Shown piece by piece: positions 58,561-64,000 of a DNA stretch of 64,000 nucleotides. Under the pieces are notes generated by a model. It saw only the letters and a program-made list of their open reading frames with translations, made no database searches and was not told the origin of the DNA. This DNA comes from Salpingoeca rosetta (lineage: Eukaryota; Protista; Choanoflagellata), in contig JAWQFM010000006.1 in NCBI GenBank assembly GCA_033442325.1, positions 1,609,611 through 1,673,610 of the forward strand, in the 5' to 3' direction. Every line of letters begins with the position of its first letter. Within the stretch, counting starts at the first letter, position 1. The position numbers and the translations under genes are program-made.

Positions 58561-61500
58561 TCACGCGCACGCACGCACATTCACACAAACACGCACACGC
58601 ACACACGATCCACAGATCAAGGAGCAAGGCGAGACGCGGCAGGTGTCGTCGTGCAAGCAGATGGAGGACGAGCTGGCTGCCGGCGTGGGTTTGCTCATCC
58701 GCTACGAGGACCTCGTGGACTCCCCCGCCCAGGACCACGTCAAGCAGCTGCAGGACGGCGTGCGCGACGTGTTTGGCACAGAGTCCACGGTCCACCTGTA
58801 CCACGCCACGCAGAACGAGTCGCGCGCCCTCATGCCGCACACAGACCCCTACGACGTCCTTGTCATCCAGCTCCACGGCTCAAAGCGCTGGACAACCTGC
58901 ATTCCAGACGCATACGTCTCCGACACCGACACCAACAACGACGGAAGCGACACCAACGCGGTGGACGACAACAACACCAACACCGGCACTGGCGACCACG
59001 GTGCTTCTGCTTCTGCTTCGTCGTCGTCTTCCTTCCCAAACCACCATGACACACGCGTACGCCCAAGCGAGGCAGAGACCATCAAGCACTTCAACCCTGC
59101 GCGGCTGGGCCAGCTGCAGGAGATCCGGCGCCAGAGGCAGCAGGGGTGCACGCGCTACGAGGACGCAGACCTGCGTGGCATGCGCTGCAACGAGTTCACG
59201 CTGCGTGCCGGCGACACCATGTACATGCCCAAGGGCATCATCCACTTTGCGCTGTCGGGCGAGGAGGGCTCGTCGCATCTCACCATCTCGCTGGAGCGCA
59301 AGGGCCTGGCGTGGGCCGATGCGCTCATGCACGCGGCGCTCTCTGGCTCGGACATTGTGGACAACCCGGCGTTCCTTGGCCACTGGAAGAACACGGTGCA
59401 GTCGCTCATCAGCGACTACCGCGGCGTGCAGCTGCTGGAGGCCATGCCATCCTGGCACCTCAACACGGGTGCGCTGTGTGCAGCGCGTGGACAGGAACAA
59501 CAACAACAACAGCTGCTGCTGCTGCAGCAGCACGGCGATGGCAGTGCAACTGGCGGCGAGCGGGATGAGGTGAAGGCGTTTGTGGCGTCGTTCCAGTCGC
59601 TGTGCCGCGAGGTTGGACCCGATGTGCTTGAGACGTACACCAAGGCGAACGATGTGGACGCGTTCCTGAATGCAGACGGCATTGGCGCGCTTGTTGAGCG
59701 CGTGTGCAGCGAAGAGTCGGCCGCCGCTGTTGTGGAGCAGCTGTGCGCACGCGGCAAAATGCCTGTGGACGTGACGTCACCATTGTTTCGCATCCAGGCC
59801 CCCAGAGTGAGTTGCCAACGCTTTGTTGTTGTGTTTGTTCAGTTTCATGGTGGTTTCACGCAAGCAACGCGCTTCTTGCTTGCCAGCCGCTAACACACAC
59901 ACACGCACAATCATCATGACAGGAGCGTCGGAGGAGGAATACTGTGACAGCATCGTACACGTGTGATTCAAGCTGCGATACGGGCTGCGATGGGTGAGTT
60001 TGTTGTGAAGTTGCACAATGTGTTTTCCAACCCAGCCACCACAACGGCTCAAGGCACTACAGGCCCTAGTGAAGCTAGGTCTTGCTCGGTCTCGAAAACG
60101 TGATGCTCCTGATGCTCGTATTTCTTGCTCGTGCTTGTGGACGCAGGCAAGCATGCTCTGGCTGCGACGACAACTGCAACGCAGGCTGTAAGTGACAGTA
60201 AAAGCCATGGGCGCATGCAGCAATGAGGATAGGTGTGCTTGGAAGCCCATTTCTTCTCACAGCTGTTGCTCCTGGTGCACTGTGCATGACGAACAACCAG
60301 GCGACGATGACTGCAACGAATGCGATGCAAGCTGTGACGGCTGCAACGACCAGTCGTAAGCGAGAGCTGCTGTGTTGGCGCGTGGACGTACCTTGCATTT
60401 CTGGTGGTTAGGTGCGATGATTGCACGCATTGCAAATTTACGCTGCTCTGGATTGGATGTATGCAGGTGCACAGGATCATGCGATGAGAGCTGCGACAGA
60501 TGCCTCGGCTCGTGTGACACCAGTTGTGACGCAGTCACTGGTTGCCCATTGTGAGTGACCGTGTGTGCTCTTGCTGTTCATGTGTTATGTCCTTGGAGCG
60601 TGCCTTCCTGAGCGGCCTCCCTCCCCATCGTTTATAACTGGAGAACTAGTTCTTCACACTCTCCACTTCAATCACAGTCTCGCTCACTTTCAAACTTGTC
60701 TGTGATGTGACGCAACACGAATGCACTGTCTTTTCTACCCAGTTTCTATTTTGTGTTGTCCGACCCCGACTGCCAATGTAAGAAGAACACCCATGCGTGT
60801 CATGTGTAACATAACAACTGTAATGTAACAACATCACAAATTATTGATTGCGTGTTTCCTATGTGCATGCGCGGACTTGTGTGGACTCTCCCCACCTCTG
60901 TTCTCACGTGCTGCCATTACACACACCCACGCACATCCCGGCTCAACTCGACAGCAAGCTGCGACGACTCATGCGACAGCAACTGCAACGCTGGTCAGTC
61001 ACATCAGTGTCAATGTCTCATATTGCATGGCAAGTGTAGAAGTGTTGCGTTGGCTTGCCGTCATGTTGATGCTCTTGGCACTTTCCTGGTCGTGTGTACA
61101 AGCGCACTTTATCGTCACTCATCGCCACTCATCGCCACTCTTCGCCATGTCATTGCATGCTAACGCCCCTTCTTGTGTGTCGCAGATTGTAACGCTGGAT
61201 GCGACAGCAGCTGCACCCCCACGGGCTGCAACTTCAACTGCGACAGCTCCTGTGATGGGCCGTGTGACGCGTACGTGTCGTGCACACTACTATGTTATTT
61301 TGCTACATGCGCGCATAATCGCTCAACCCAGCAACCCTCTGCTGAACTCTCGCGTGCTTCTCATCTTCGCCGTTCGCCCTCATAACCTATTCCCTTTGCA
61401 TCTCCATTGTCCATCTTGAACTCAATACAGTGGCTGTGACGACAACTGCAACACAAGTTGTGATGAGTGCACATACAGCAGCTGTGACAGTTCATGTGAC

Positions 61501-61872
61501 GACTCGTGCTCGTGCAACCCTGGCTTCAATGGAACTGGCACACTGTGCTCTGCGTGTGCGTCCAACACGTACAGCGCCAGCAGAAACCAGACGACGTGCA
61601 CGCAGTGCGAGGCATGCCCCGTTGGCAAGTATCGCTCTGGGTGTGGCGGGTCGAGCCCTGGCTCGTGCCTGGGCGTAAATTGCACAGCCCCTGTCATCGA
61701 GCATGCGGTGTTAAGCTTCAACTCCACCCGATACCCTGCGACGGCAATCGTGTCGTGTGAAGAAGGATATGAGCTGACTGGCGCTTCGTCCTTGACGTGC
61801 CAAGCAGATGGCAGCTGGGGCGATCTACCGTTGTGTGTGGTGCTCGAAACAACAACGACAACGACGCTGATG

Positions 61873-61912
<40 letters not shown>

Positions 61913-61913
61913 G

Positions 61914-61974
<61 letters not shown>

Positions 61975-63228
61975 GCAGCAGCAGCAGCAGAGGTAGTGCC
62001 AACACTCACCTCGGATGATACACCGCCACTGGAACCTGCAACAGGAACAATCCAGTCATCATCAGCATCACAAACTTTCCCCTCTCTTCCTTCATCGATG
62101 CCCGCCTCTCCCTTATCTTCCTCTTCAACCCCAGGACACGCTGAGGCGTCGCCAGCTGGAAGCAGTTCAACGTACGCTTTCCTCCTTGTTTGTGTGTCTG
62201 TGCTTTGTCGCCATTGCACTCCATGCGCATTGAAGGACCACCTCCTTCTGACCGCTGTCAATTGCACTCTTTCTTGTTCCTTACTGTAGAACATCGGCGT
62301 CGTGGCAGCTTGGAGTGGGCATTGGCGCTGCTGCCTTCTTTGTTGTCCTCATTGCTGTGATCCTCGTCGTTCTTCGAAAGCGAAAGAGTCGCATCTCTCT
62401 TCACCACGTCAGTGACTTGATGCAACACACCTGCGCCGTCCTTGCATGTCGTTCCTTGAAGCTGCTCGTACGCCGCGGTAGCCCTTCAGTCATTCACAAG
62501 CATCATTTCTCACATGTCCCTCCTTATGTGTGCGCTTGATATGTTAAGGACGGGTCTCCAAGCGAAACAATGGCTCAAACACGTACTGGTATGCGTATAC
62601 CATGGTGTCATGTCAAAGCAAGATTTGAACACTGTCACTACATGTCTTGAATTCGCTCTCACTTCTTCATCGTCGATTCTGACCTTGCGCATGTGCAGGT
62701 ATTGGAATGTATGCCAACCCCATGTATGAGCCGGCTGACGACGGAAACCACCAAGCTTCCGCAACACCAGCAGCAACACCACAACACACTCACGATCCAA
62801 CGTACGAAAGCATTGATACTGGTACGCAGAGTACATGCGTTGCACCACGCCCAGCCACTCAAGCACAACGCCCACCCCATCGTCAGCTGGCAGCGCGTGG
62901 ACTGCCACCACCACCGCCTGGATTACCACAACCGCCTGGACTGCCACCACCTGGACTGCCACCACCACCCCATCAGACACCAACACCCCCACAGCCTGAT
63001 TCCGTGTATGCTCACATTGGCGACGCGGAAGCGAGTGGCGGCACACCACACCACAGGCACAGGTGGGATCCGGACACTTACGACACAGCAAACGGTGGCG
63101 GTGATCACACACCGCGTGCAAGGCACGCGTGGGATTCTGATGTTTATGACACGCAGCCTCAGCACACCCCCAGCAGAGTGTGTGCTGGACATGTGTGGGA
63201 CGCTGACGTGTATGATGTTTCAGCCTGA
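57948..63228 (+). CDS. Type I membrane protein: signal peptide - JmjC (cupin_4/ROX-like) 2OG-Fe oxygenase - RRRR - C[D/N]xx repeat array - EGF/GCC-like - Sushi - Thr mucin - TM - NPxY/Pro/Tyr tail
   Basis: Signal peptide ALVLAMLVVVLALG. HLYHAT..PHTDPYDVLVIQLHGSKRW..LRAGDTMYMPKGIIHFA..SSHLTIS. Then ERRRRN and seven phase-consistent small exons of CDSSCD-type repeats. Sushi CEEGYELTGASSLTCQADGSWGDLPLC. TM GVGIGAAAFFVVLIAVILVVL-RKRK. YANPMY. Stop at 63228. Confidence 0.85.
61850..61990 (+). repeat. Coding (ACA)n/(GCA)n tract encoding the poly-Thr mucin stalk
   Basis: In frame with the Sushi exon of the JmjC receptor. Confidence 0.85.
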
Positions 63229-63464
63229 CGCGTACGCCGTACGCGGTACGCCGTGCCATGAAGAACCTTGCCCTTTCTTTCGTTTTGTATTCAACTCACG
63301 TGTTACACCCAGTAAACAAAGAAAGGAACACAAAGAACGAGCAAGCAGGCACAACTTCCAAGCTCCCCCGAAGCACCCACCCAAACCCAGCATCCACCCA
63401 AACCCAAACGCCCCAGCGCAAACACACAAACGCAAGCGGCCCATCAACGAGAGCTCCATCCCAT

Positions 63465-63923
63465 TCAGATCTTGACGCCGTAGCCAAGCTCGGCACCGCC
63501 ACTCTGACAACAGCAGCGACCATCACGAATGAGGATGTGTGTGAGCATCCACTGAAAGCAACACGGCAGGAATCACGCAATGCAACGCAACGCAACGCGA
63601 CGCCACACAACCACACCAGCACCACCAACGCGGTCCAGCCCTTTGCCTGCAAGCACGCGAGCGAGCCTTCAACACGAAAGCGACTCCACCATCACCTCCA
63701 CTCCACAGCCTTCACCACCATAGCGTCTCCGTCTCCCTCACTTCACACCTCTTTCCACACGCACCAGGATGTGGTCGACGCCTGTGGTGAAGGTTGCGTC
63801 TGCCGCAATGAACAGGCACAGCTTTCCGCTCTCCTCGATGGTGCCGAATCTGTTCATGACCTGCTGCTTCTCCCCGAGCGCATATCCTTCCTTGAGGCCT
63901 TTCTCGTCCTCCGGCAGCGCCTC
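63465..63923 (-). CDS. 3' end (last two exons, 63923-63765 and 63503-63465) of a short-chain dehydrogenase/reductase, HSD17B14-like; continues beyond the window
   Basis: QQVMNRFGTIEESGKLCLFIAADATFTTGVDHIL|SGGAELGYGVKI*. The GGAELGYG ending is typical of HSD17B14. Confidence 0.8.
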
Positions 63924-63930
63924 CTGGGAG

Positions 63931-64000
<70 letters not shown>

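Overview
Eukaryotic, intron-dense genomic DNA with GC-rich exons and introns full of (GT)n/(CA)n microsatellites. The style and gene content suggest a choanoflagellate such as Salpingoeca (inference; not checked by search). Most ORFs in the supplied track are microsatellite artefacts, so I assembled gene models by hand from GT-AG junctions and reading phase. Genes in order: 3' end of an unknown gene (+); ARM-TIR-SAM protein (-); signal-peptide CX5R phosphatase (-); TAPT1/DUF747 (+); TTC33-like (+); SUMO (-); FERM-FA-SH3-GuK-PDZ-PDZ-PTP phosphatase (-, spans 2 gaps); giant TSP1-repeat type I receptor with a Tyr-rich tail (+); ABCB1-type transporter (+, 1 gap); pirin (-); CATIP-C-terminus/RIIa-like small protein (+); low-complexity putative microtubule protein (+); signal peptide-JmjC-RRRR-Cys/Asp repeat-Sushi-mucin-TM-NPxY receptor (+); 3' end of an HSD17B14-like SDR (-). 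The best candidate for an undescribed system is the receptor carrying its own cleavable extracellular JmjC hydroxylase directly ahead of a C-[D/N]-x-x repeat array. Also notable are the MAGUK-PTP chimera, the SARM1-permuted TIR protein and the secreted CX5R phosphatase.
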